Assembly (NCBI GenBank): GCA_015222055.1
Contig: JADFUR010000045.1
Location: forward strand, 6,860-70,859
DNA from: Bacteroidota bacterium
Lineage (GTDB): Bacteria; Bacteroidota; Bacteroidia; Bacteroidales; B39-G9
DNA: 64,000 nucleotides
Reading direction: 5' to 3'
Positions within the stretch are counted from its first letter, which is position 1. Each line of letters opens with the position of its first letter. Below, in pieces: positions 55,788 to 64,000 of the stretch. The notes beneath the pieces were generated by a model. That model saw only the letters and a list, made by a program, of their open reading frames with translations, did not search any database and was not told where the DNA came from. The position numbers and the translations under genes are program-made.

Positions 55788-57239
55788 ATGAAAACTCTAA
55801 AAAATAGTTCTGTCAGATTTCTATGTCTTATGTTATTTTTTCTGACAATTAGTCCTGTTGCACATAGCAATGTTCTTAATCAAACAAATAATAATGATGA
55901 AAAACAATATAAATACACTGATAGTTTTTCGAAATATAATATTAAAACAAAAGGTGTTATCCTTGTTAATGATGATGATACCGGTATTAAAAGCATCTCT
56001 CCCGGAGGTTGTCTAAAATTCAGCAAAAAAACCTTTGGAAACAAAAGAGCTATTATTATTGAAAGCAACACCTCCGGTAAATTACACTTTGAATATTATG
56101 AAGGCTGGAAAGAATTATCGTTTGACCCTGCAGGCAAAGAATGGCTCGCACAAGTGCTTTTAGAAATTGTTAGAATTACCGGAATTGATGCAGAAAGGCG
56201 TACAAAAAGAATCTATTCAACAAAAGGGATTACCGGATTTTTCGAAGAAATACATAAAATAGAATCAAACGATGTTGCATCAAAATATTTTAATGCATTA
56301 TTGAGCAACACACAACTATCCAAAAATGAAATGATTATGACCGTTTCTTCAATATCTGAGGACATTAGTTCAAACACATATTGCGGAAGCTTATATCGTA
56401 AATATAGTAACCTGTTTATGACAAACGATGGTATATCAATTGCCTATTTTAATAGTATTTCAAAACTTTCTTCTAATACAGAAACAGGGGCAGTGCTAAA
56501 AAATATTACAAAAAAAATTAATTTTGATAATCCAAAAGTAACCGAAGCTTATTTCTCTTGTATCGATAGAATGTCAAGTAATACTGAATGTGGTTCGGTA
56601 CTCAGGAATTTAGAACCGACTCAAACACTGAACAACCAGGCATATATCAGATTATTGATAAGTGTAAAAAATTTGAGCTCAAATACAGAAATGGGCTATG
56701 TTATGCGTTCTCTTGATAGCATTAATTTAAGCAATACTGAAGTAAATACTGCATATTTCAACGCTATTAATGTAATGTCGAGCAATACTGAAGCGGGATA
56801 TACCCTTCGCACACTTATAAAAAAGCACAATCTGAATGACCAAAATTACATCAATTTGTTAAGGAGTGTTAAAAGACTTTCTTCTAATACAGAAATGGGT
56901 TCTGTAATGGATAAAGCAATGGGGGCAATGCCTGTGAATGATACTGTTGTTGATGCCTTTTTTAATACCGCAGCTTCTTTTTCTTCAAATACAGAGCTTG
57001 GTGCAATCTTGAGAAAAATGGCTTTAAATAATAAGCTTGATAAATATGCTTGCGGGAAAGTGTTGGATTATGCCCGTAATCTGTCTTCAAATACCGAAAA
57101 AGCATCTGTTTTGATAAGTGTTAGTAAAACAAAATTTATTAAAGATAAAGATATTAAAACTAAATATATTTCTGTTGCAAAAACGCTATCTTCAAATAGT
57201 GATTATAAAAAAGTAATAGATAAATTAATCGAGAAATAA
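55788..57239 (+). CDS. Secreted repeat protein: N-terminal globular domain plus about nine helical repeats of ~32-37 aa centred on SSNTE
   Basis: Signal peptide ..SPVAHS. Recurring motif: ISSNTYCGSLY, LSSNTETGAVL, MSSNTECGSVL, LSSNTEMGYVM, MSSNTEAGYTL, LSSNTEMGSVM, FSSNTELGAIL, LSSNTEKASVL, LSSNSDYKKVI. Confidence 0.8.
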   Translation: MKTLKNSSVRFLCLMLFFLTISPVAHSNVLNQTNNNDEKQYKYTDSFSKYNIKTKGVILVNDDDTGIKSISPGGCLKFSKKTFGNKRAIIIESNTSGKLHFEYYEGWKELSFDPAGKEWLAQVLLEIVRITGIDAERRTKRIYSTKGITGFFEEIHKIESNDVASKYFNALLSNTQLSKNEMIMTVSSISEDISSNTYCGSLYRKYSNLFMTNDGISIAYFNSISKLSSNTETGAVLKNITKKINFDNPKVTEAYFSCIDRMSSNTECGSVLRNLEPTQTLNNQAYIRLLISVKNLSSNTEMGYVMRSLDSINLSNTEVNTAYFNAINVMSSNTEAGYTLRTLIKKHNLNDQNYINLLRSVKRLSSNTEMGSVMDKAMGAMPVNDTVVDAFFNTAASFSSNTELGAILRKMALNNKLDKYACGKVLDYARNLSSNTEKASVLISVSKTKFIKDKDIKTKYISVAKTLSSNSDYKKVIDKLIEK

Positions 57240-57436
57240 GTATAATTAAAACAGATAATGTGAATAGTTTATTCCAAAAAACACCTCAAATTTTTAAAAT
57301 ATTAATTAAATAAAACTGTAAATTAAAACCACAAAAAAGATTAATTGTTTTTTGTGGTTTTTAAAAAATGTCAATATTCTAATTTTTTGTTGTATTTTTA
57401 ATATCTATTTTTCATTAAAGAATTAAACATTATATA

Positions 57437-58498
57437 ATGTCGGGGATTTGGAAAAACATAATTATTAATACAATACTTGCCATTGCTTTATTCATTTACT
57501 TTGTTTACAGCGAAAGTAGTATTACTCCTGATATTACCAAAATTTGGCTTAGCCTGCTGTTAACAATCTTTTTTGTAAACATTAGTGGTATTATCATTGT
57601 TTCCATTAGCCACATTTTTAACCGGATTATACTATGGAATAAACAAATTACTTTGCGTTTTTTTTGCGAATCCATAACAATTTTATTAATCCTTTTAATT
57701 ACCGGCTATATTTTTACAAAAGTATGGTTAGTTCATATACTTCACGTAAACGAAGGAAGCAGTTTCTGGGTGGATTACCGCAATGCAGGAATCAAATTTT
57801 CAATTATTTCAATAGTTATTGCCAATATATATTCAATTATTAATTTTTCTTTCTTTTCATATAACCAATATTTTTTAGTAAAGATTGCAGCTATAAAATA
57901 TAATATTGAACAAAAACGCCTTCAATTTGAATCATTAAAAAATCAGTTAAGCCCACATTATCTTTTTAACTCATTGAATACAATATCTTCGCTTATTTAC
58001 AAAGATGTAGGCGTTTCTGAGGCTTATATCCGACATCTCACACAAACCTTCAACTACATACTCAATACGAATGAAAACGGACTTGTTTTGGTAAAAAATG
58101 AATTAGCTGCAATACATTCCTATTTTTCAATGCAAAAAATAAAATATGAAAACTTAATTAATTTAAGAATTGATTTATCTTCCGAAATAGAAAAAACTTT
58201 TATTCCGCCCTTGTGTCTTCAGATACTTCTTGAAAATTCATTCAAACATAACAATGTGAGTAATAAAAATCATCTGCAGATTGAAGTTTTTACAGAAAAA
58301 TCTAAATATATTGTTGTAAAAAATAATATAATACCCAAACAAAATTATTTTAAAAACAATAACTCGTCTTTTAAGATTGGAATTGAAAACATAAAAAAAC
58401 GGTATAAATATTTTACAAATAAGGATATTATTATTGATGTTGATGATAACAGCTTTATTGTTAAATTACCATTAATTATAAAAAAAGAAAAAATTTGA
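57437..58498 (+). CDS. LytS/YehU-type membrane sensor histidine kinase
   Basis: Five or so TM segments. H-box LKNQLSPHYLFNSLNTI (His codon 57956-57958). N-box LLENSFKHN. Confidence 0.85.
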   Translation: MSGIWKNIIINTILAIALFIYFVYSESSITPDITKIWLSLLLTIFFVNISGIIIVSISHIFNRIILWNKQITLRFFCESITILLILLITGYIFTKVWLVHILHVNEGSSFWVDYRNAGIKFSIISIVIANIYSIINFSFFSYNQYFLVKIAAIKYNIEQKRLQFESLKNQLSPHYLFNSLNTISSLIYKDVGVSEAYIRHLTQTFNYILNTNENGLVLVKNELAAIHSYFSMQKIKYENLINLRIDLSSEIEKTFIPPLCLQILLENSFKHNNVSNKNHLQIEVFTEKSKYIVVKNNIIPKQNYFKNNNSSFKIGIENIKKRYKYFTNKDIIIDVDDNSFIVKLPLIIKKEKI

Positions 58499-59541
58499 AC
58501 AATAAATTCTTCCATAATAATGCAGTCTTCAGAATTGTAGCTCCGGTATTTAGCGGGCTTATTATGTATTTTATGATACTTATGTTCTTTGATTCTGTTA
58601 ATCTAATTTTTGACGATTTTTTTAGCGAGGAAATTATGTTTGTGATAGCTCTCACATTTATTTTATCCGAATGTCTTCGATTATGTATTCTTTTCTTAAA
58701 TAAAAAAAATGTTTTTAACAAAAAAATAAAGAGCAGAATTATTTATCAAATTATATTTACATCCGTTTTATCTGTATTTCTTGTATCAATACTATTACAT
58801 CTCTATTTCGTTTTGATAGTAGGTTTTAGCACTATCAAAACAGAGCTTATTGTTTTCAATTGTTTATATCTATTAGTCGTATTTTTATATAATTTATTTT
58901 ATTTCAGCATTAAATTTATTAATCTAAAAAATGAAGAAAAAATTATTGAGGAAAATCAATTAAAAAGAAATCTTGAACTTAAAATACAAACATATAAAAC
59001 ACAAATTAATCCAAATTTGTTATTCAAAAGTCTTGAAACAATAATATCGGAATTGTATTGTAATAAGGAATCTGCCGATGAGTTAATTATTGGGCTTTCA
59101 AAAATATACAGATACACACTTAACAACAGATTCAACGACCTTGTATTGGTAAAAGATGAATTAGATTCGCTAACATATTTTATTAATATTTTAAATGTTC
59201 AGTATAATGGAAATATAAATTTTGATATTCAGATTGATTCTCATTCCGCGAAATCAGAAATTGTACCAGGCACATTTCTCGCTATTGCGGAAAAAGCTGT
59301 AGAAGAAAATATTATTACCAATTCGCTTCCTCTTAATATTTCTGTCAAAAGCACTGATAATTCTATTGTTGTTAAATATAAAAACAACAGCCATATTGTT
59401 AATAAAAACAATTCTAATAATCGTATAAAATATATAGAGAACGCTTATAATTATTTTTCACAAAATAGTTTTATTATTAATGAGGAGCAGGGATTTAAAA
59501 TTTATAAAATAACACTTTTAAACGTTGAAGAAGAAATTTAA
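58495..59541 (+). CDS. LytS/YehU-type kinase paralogue lacking the phospho-acceptor His (probable pseudokinase)
   Basis: Same architecture, but the H-box reads TQINPNLLFKSLETI (Asn codon 59014-59016 in place of His). The N-box is degenerate (IAEKAVEEN). TTG start overlaps the upstream TGA. Confidence 0.7.
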   Translation: MNNKFFHNNAVFRIVAPVFSGLIMYFMILMFFDSVNLIFDDFFSEEIMFVIALTFILSECLRLCILFLNKKNVFNKKIKSRIIYQIIFTSVLSVFLVSILLHLYFVLIVGFSTIKTELIVFNCLYLLVVFLYNLFYFSIKFINLKNEEKIIEENQLKRNLELKIQTYKTQINPNLLFKSLETIISELYCNKESADELIIGLSKIYRYTLNNRFNDLVLVKDELDSLTYFINILNVQYNGNINFDIQIDSHSAKSEIVPGTFLAIAEKAVEENIITNSLPLNISVKSTDNSIVVKYKNNSHIVNKNNSNNRIKYIENAYNYFSQNSFIINEEQGFKIYKITLLNVEEEI

Positions 59542-59610
59542 TTTTTATTCGTTTACAAATCCAGCACTGCTAAGACATACAATTAAAAAGAAAAAAACAA
59601 TATAAAATCG

Positions 59611-60387
59611 ATGAAAGTAATAATTGTTGAGGATGAAAAACCTGCTGTAGAGAAACTTAAAAAGATGATAACTGATTATAATTCGGGAAATCAAATAATC
59701 GATTCTTTTTGCTCAGTTTCAGAAACGGTAAACTTTTTGAATAATACGGATAATCTACCCGACCTTATATTTATGGATATTCAATTAACCGATGGTTTGT
59801 CTTTTGATATCATTGAACAAACAAATGTAAAAACCCCTATAATTTTTGTTACTGCATACAACGAATATGCTATACGAGCCTTTAAAACCAATAGTATTGA
59901 TTATCTTGTTAAACCATTTTCTTATGTTGATTTTTGCCAAAGCATGGAAAAAATAGAAACGCTTAAAAAAAATTTGTTTATTGACAGTAAAAAAATGGAT
60001 TTCGAAAAATTTGGAAATGCCTTGTCGAAACTTAATAAATTATTTAAAACAAGATTTATGATAAAGGTAGGAGAACATATCAAATCAGTAAAGGCTGCAA
60101 ATATATCTTTATTTTTTGCAGAAGGAAGAACCGTTTATCTATTAACAAATAAACAAAATAAATATATTGTCGACTTCAAACTTGAAGAATTAGAAACAAG
60201 TCTTGACCCAACTATGTTTTTTCGTGTAAACAGAACTTTTATTGTCAACATAAATACAATTAAAGATGTAATAGTTTATTCAAACAGCAGATTAAAAATT
60301 ACACCAAACAATAATTTTGATAAGGATATTATTGTAAGCAGAGATAAAGTAAATTCGCTAAAAACCTGGCTTGATGGAATGTTTTGA
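59611..60387 (+). CDS. LytTR-family response regulator
   Basis: REC (VIIVEDE..LIFMDIQL..AY). C-terminal LytTR DNA-binding domain (FFRVNRTFIVNINTIKDV). Confidence 0.9.
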   Translation: MKVIIVEDEKPAVEKLKKMITDYNSGNQIIDSFCSVSETVNFLNNTDNLPDLIFMDIQLTDGLSFDIIEQTNVKTPIIFVTAYNEYAIRAFKTNSIDYLVKPFSYVDFCQSMEKIETLKKNLFIDSKKMDFEKFGNALSKLNKLFKTRFMIKVGEHIKSVKAANISLFFAEGRTVYLLTNKQNKYIVDFKLEELETSLDPTMFFRVNRTFIVNINTIKDVIVYSNSRLKITPNNNFDKDIIVSRDKVNSLKTWLDGMF

Positions 60388-60459
60388 TATTTGTGCTCGT
60401 TTGAATATAACAAAAAAGACATGCCTCAACATGTCTCTTTCAATATTCAAAAATCTTTT

Positions 60460-61803
60460 TTATTCAAAATCTTTTAACACAGCCTTAATTTTTTCAAGTT
60501 TTTCGTTAAGTATTTCTTTTGAATTAGCCTCAACAAGAAGTCTCAACAAAGGCTCAGTATTTGATGGACGAACATTAAACCACCAATCTTTAAATTCAAT
60601 TCTATAACCATCAAAATCGTAAAGAGCTTCGGGCTTCATTTCTGCAACAAAAATATCTTTAAGAGCTTCCATTGCTTCTTCTTTTTGCTCAATGCGGAAA
60701 TTTATCTCGCCTGAATTTTCATATTTGGCAATATTACCGATTATTTGAGAAACGGATTTGCCTTGAGATTTCATCTTACTAATTATTCCAAGAATAATTA
60801 ATGACGCTAATATACCGGAATCTGAATAATAAAAATCACGGAAATAATAATGACCAGCAAGCTCACCTCCAAAAATTCCGTCTATTTCGCGCAATTTTGC
60901 AGCAGCATAAGCTCTACCTACTCGCCACATATTTATTTTACCACCAAATTTTTCAACATATTCGCCAACAGCTTTCGATGTTCTTATATCTTGCAAAACA
61001 TTTCCTTTTAATCCTTTTTCTTCAAGAAAATAATGAGAAAGAAGAGCAATCATTAAATCAGGAAATATAAATTTGCCGTTTTCATCAACAAACATAACTC
61101 TATCGGCATCACCATCATAAATAACTCCAATATCACATTTATTTTCAACGACAAGGTTTTGTAAATCTTTCACATTTTCAGGAAGCAATGGATTTGCTTC
61201 ATGATTTGGGAATGTTCCGTCAAGATCTTCAAAAATATACAATGGTTTATCTCCAAGTAAATCTCTTACAAACAGACCTGCCATTCCGTTAGAGCAATCA
61301 ATTCCTATTTTAAGATTTGAAGTATCTTTAACATAAGTCTTTAAAAAAGCCAAATATTCTTCTTTTACCTCAAAATTAATAATTTTTCCTTTTTTTTCTT
61401 CAGGTATTATTTCTTTTGTTTTTATCATTTTTTCAAGCTCACCAAGTCCTGTATCATAACCAACAGGAAGAGCGTTTGCTTTTGATACTTTCAAACCATT
61501 ATATTGTTTTGCATTGTGTGAAGCTGTAATTTGAACAGATGCATCAAAATTATGCTTTGCAGTAGCGAAATAAACCAAAGGTGTTGTAGCAAGCCCAATA
61601 TCATAAACATCTGCACCACAATCTGTTATTCCTTTTGAAAGATATTCAAAAATCTCAGGCGAAGAAACACGAACATCACTTCCAACCAATATCTTGCCTG
61701 TTTTTAATAATTTTGGTAAAAAATAACCAATTTTATAAACGTCTTCTTTGTTAAAATCTTTGTTATAAACGCCACGAATATCGTATGCTTTAAATGCTCC
61801 CAT
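60460..61803 (-). CDS. Phosphomannomutase/phosphoglucomutase
   Basis: MGAFKAYDIRG. Active-site TASHNAKQYNG. GVIYDGDADR metal loop. Start moved to the internal ATG. Confidence 0.9.
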   Translation of the reverse strand: MGAFKAYDIRGVYNKDFNKEDVYKIGYFLPKLLKTGKILVGSDVRVSSPEIFEYLSKGITDCGADVYDIGLATTPLVYFATAKHNFDASVQITASHNAKQYNGLKVSKANALPVGYDTGLGELEKMIKTKEIIPEEKKGKIINFEVKEEYLAFLKTYVKDTSNLKIGIDCSNGMAGLFVRDLLGDKPLYIFEDLDGTFPNHEANPLLPENVKDLQNLVVENKCDIGVIYDGDADRVMFVDENGKFIFPDLMIALLSHYFLEEKGLKGNVLQDIRTSKAVGEYVEKFGGKINMWRVGRAYAAAKLREIDGIFGGELAGHYYFRDFYYSDSGILASLIILGIISKMKSQGKSVSQIIGNIAKYENSGEINFRIEQKEEAMEALKDIFVAEMKPEALYDFDGYRIEFKDWWFNVRPSNTEPLLRLLVEANSKEILNEKLEKIKAVLKDFE

Positions 61804-61880
61804 ATTATCAAATTTAATTATTAAAAAAGACAACAAATTTAAAAATTATTAATTAATTAAAAAACCGTTCTGATTTTTGG

Positions 61881-61914
61881 TTTATTATAAGCTTAAAATT
61901 AAGCTTATAATAAA
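61881..61914. promoter_or_regulatory. 34-bp palindromic element (14-bp perfect arms) in a divergent promoter region
   Basis: TTTATTATAAGCTT-AAAATT-AAGCTTATAATAAA. Confidence 0.35.
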
Positions 61915-62160
61915 TATAAAATTGTGTTTGTATATGTAGGTTTTTTCTTATAGAATAAAAAATTAATATTCCTTTTTATAAATAGAGCAAAAAAAATTTG
62001 TCATTTTAATAAAAATGTATAGTGTCTCTATTGTAAGTATCTATATAATATGTTATTTTCGCCTTTTGAATGATTATTAATTCCCGTTTAATTTTTATTT
62101 ATTTTTTTGTTTAAAAAACTCTATCTTAGCCTTATATTTATTATAAATAATTATTAACAG

Positions 62161-62946
62161 ATGAAAAAACTTTTTATCTCGCTTCTTTTTTTAACATTAG
62201 CAATTACTTCTTTTTCAGGAGAGATTGTTTTAAAAGGCGTTTATCAAGGTCAAAATTTATTTATTATGAACCCTTTTGCGGCTTCTGGAGTTGGCTTTTG
62301 TATATACGAAGTAACTGTTAACGAAAACGTTACAACTGACGAAATTAATTCAAGTGCATTCGAAATTGATTTGTCTGTTTATCAATTTAAAATTGGCGAC
62401 AAAATTATTATCAAAATAAAACACAAAGAAAATTGCACACCAAAAGTATTGAATCCTGAAGTAATAAAACCCAAAAGCACCTACCATATTACATCAATTA
62501 ATGTTGATAGAAAAGCCTTATTAAGATGGACAACAACAAAAGAAACAGGTTCGCTTCCTTATACTGTTGAACAATTTAGATGGAATAAATGGGTTAAAAT
62601 TACTAAAATTGCCGGCAAAGGTAAGCGGGGAATAAATAATTACTCAGCTAAAGTAAAACCTCACTCGGGAAACAATAAATTTAGAATTAAACAAATTGAT
62701 TATACAAAAAAACCTAGATATTCAAAAGACGTAAATTTCAGATCTTTAAAGCCACCTGTAACATTTTCTCCATTAAAGCCAACAACCGAAATTGTTTTTT
62801 CTCGTGAAACAATGTATGAAATTTACGATTATTACGGAAACCTAATTTTAAAAGGTTACGACGCCAAAATTGACATTTCAGGGTTAATAAAAGGAAGTTA
62901 TTTTCTTAACTACGATACCAAAACCGGAAATTTTAAAAAGAAATAA
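62161..62946 (+). CDS. Hypothetical secreted protein with probable T9SS C-terminal sorting domain
   Basis: Signal peptide. C-terminus ..MYEIYDYYGNLILKGYDAKIDISGLIKGSYFLNYDTKTGNFKKK resembles a Por-secretion tail. Confidence 0.6.
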   Translation: MKKLFISLLFLTLAITSFSGEIVLKGVYQGQNLFIMNPFAASGVGFCIYEVTVNENVTTDEINSSAFEIDLSVYQFKIGDKIIIKIKHKENCTPKVLNPEVIKPKSTYHITSINVDRKALLRWTTTKETGSLPYTVEQFRWNKWVKITKIAGKGKRGINNYSAKVKPHSGNNKFRIKQIDYTKKPRYSKDVNFRSLKPPVTFSPLKPTTEIVFSRETMYEIYDYYGNLILKGYDAKIDISGLIKGSYFLNYDTKTGNFKKK

Positions 62947-62956
62947 ATTAAACAGC

Positions 62957-63580
62957 TTATTTCAAAACATCATTAATCGTTTCATCATCTTTTAATAAAT
63001 AGGCATCAATTCCTATTTGTTTAGCAGATTCAATGTTTTCTTTTGTATCGTCAATAAACAAAGTCTCATTGGTAAGCAAATTATTTTGCTCTAGCACATG
63101 ATAAAAAATTTCTTTCCCCGGCTTTCGCATATTTAATTGAAAAGACATATATTCTTTTTCAAATAAATCTGACAAATTTTTTATACCAAACTCATCATTT
63201 AATTTTTGAGTATATGAAATGTAGTGAATTTTATTCGTGTTACTTAATAGAAATGTTCGGTACTTTTTTTTAAGTTCTTTTAGTAAATCAATTCGTTCTT
63301 TAGGAAAATCTAGCAACATTGAATTCCATGCAGTATCAATTTGTTCGTTACTAATTTTTTGTGGAATAATCTGCCTTAAAGCTTCTCGGAATTGTTTCGG
63401 AGTAATTTCTCCCGTCTCTAATCGGTATAACAAATTAAATTTATTATACTTTCTCACAAATTCAACATTGTTTTCACCTAAAATATTTGCAAAAGCATCA
63501 ATACTTAATTGGCTATCAATGTTTAACACAACACCGCCAAGATCGAAAATTATATTCTTAATATTTTTAAAATTTTTCAT
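62957..63580 (-). CDS. HAD-superfamily hydrolase, subfamily IA
   Basis: IIFDLGGVV motif I, LLSNTN motif II, LFIDDTKENI motif IV. Confidence 0.85.
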   Translation of the reverse strand: MKNFKNIKNIIFDLGGVVLNIDSQLSIDAFANILGENNVEFVRKYNKFNLLYRLETGEITPKQFREALRQIIPQKISNEQIDTAWNSMLLDFPKERIDLLKELKKKYRTFLLSNTNKIHYISYTQKLNDEFGIKNLSDLFEKEYMSFQLNMRKPGKEIFYHVLEQNNLLTNETLFIDDTKENIESAKQIGIDAYLLKDDETINDVLK

Positions 63581-63642
63581 AAAAATTTGTTAGTTTTAAT
63601 ACAAATGTGTAATATTGCACTCCCGATTTCAAGATTTTTTTC

Positions 63643-63716
63643 GGGCCCATAGCTCAGCTGGTTAGAGCACCTGACTCATAATCAGGGTGTCCTTGGTTCA
63701 AGCCCAAGTGGGCCCA
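63643..63716 (+). tRNA. tRNA with CAT anticodon (elongator Met or lysidine-dependent Ile2; the sequence resembles Ile2-type)
   Basis: GGGCCCA acceptor pairs with TGGGCCC. D arm TAGCTCAGCTGGTTAGAGC. Anticodon stem CCTGA/TCAGG with loop CTCATAA. T arm CTTGGTTCAAGCCCAAG. Confidence 0.85.
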
Positions 63717-63723
63717 CAAAGAT

Positions 63724-63757
63724 AAGCCATAATTATTTTAATTATGGCTTTTTTTTT
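63724..63757 (+). terminator. Rho-independent terminator after the tRNA
   Basis: AAGCCATAATTA-TTT-TAATTATGGCTT followed by a T-run. Confidence 0.75.
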
Positions 63758-64000
63758 AAATTCATCCTGAATTTTTAGCGATTTAAAAATCATATTAATT
63801 AACCCATTATAAATGACATAACTATTGCAGTTATACAAACAGTTGCTGATTTTAATAAAAAATCATTGCAGACCCTAATAATAGTCCACTATGGCTAATT
63901 AATGGTTTTAATAAAATAACATCTACAACATTACAATAATACATTGGAATATCAATTAATATAACAAGATCCAAATCAATATAATTATTTCGAAAACTCA

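Overview
Visibly AT-rich chromosomal segment, most likely from a Bacteroidota bacterium. Supporting signs are type IX secretion C-terminal sorting domains, a GldA-like ABC ATPase, a SprB-repeat/FISUMP lipoprotein, many Cys-lipobox lipoproteins and TAnnTTTG -7 promoter boxes. Most of the window is ordinary core genome: ispG (partial), ribE, a NarL-type two-component pair, porin-pstSCAB, tRNA-Leu(CAA), dCMP deaminase, S41 peptidase, ahcY, a T9SS-sorted M1 aminopeptidase, dxs, rnr, hemW, an acyl-CoA ligase, an LpxL-type acyltransferase, yraN, comF, lgt, an ABCG-like fused transporter, a LytS/LytTR module, phosphomannomutase and a tRNA(CAT). The unusual part is an accessory island of about 13.5 kb (about 3.9-17.5 kb) between the ribE side and the gldA side. 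Its genes are bracketed by attC-like imperfect inverted repeats. The first bases after a G|TT junction are the exact reverse complement of the ..TAAC box at the far end of the same unit, which is the signature of integron gene cassettes. Two units are clean, one is good, and others look degenerate. No integrase, transposase or other recombinase is present in the window. The island is also punctuated by five copies of a promoter-bearing repeat, each ending in a TAACTTTG -7 box aimed at the downstream gene. It contains decaying genes with in-frame stops and frameshifts. Elsewhere I note two families of nested-hairpin intergenic repeats with compensatory substitutions. There is also a 13-unit heptamer tandem array directly upstream of a TPR gene, and a secreted repeat protein followed by an intact kinase, a His-less kinase paralogue and a LytTR regulator. 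No CRISPR array, rRNA or prophage is evident.
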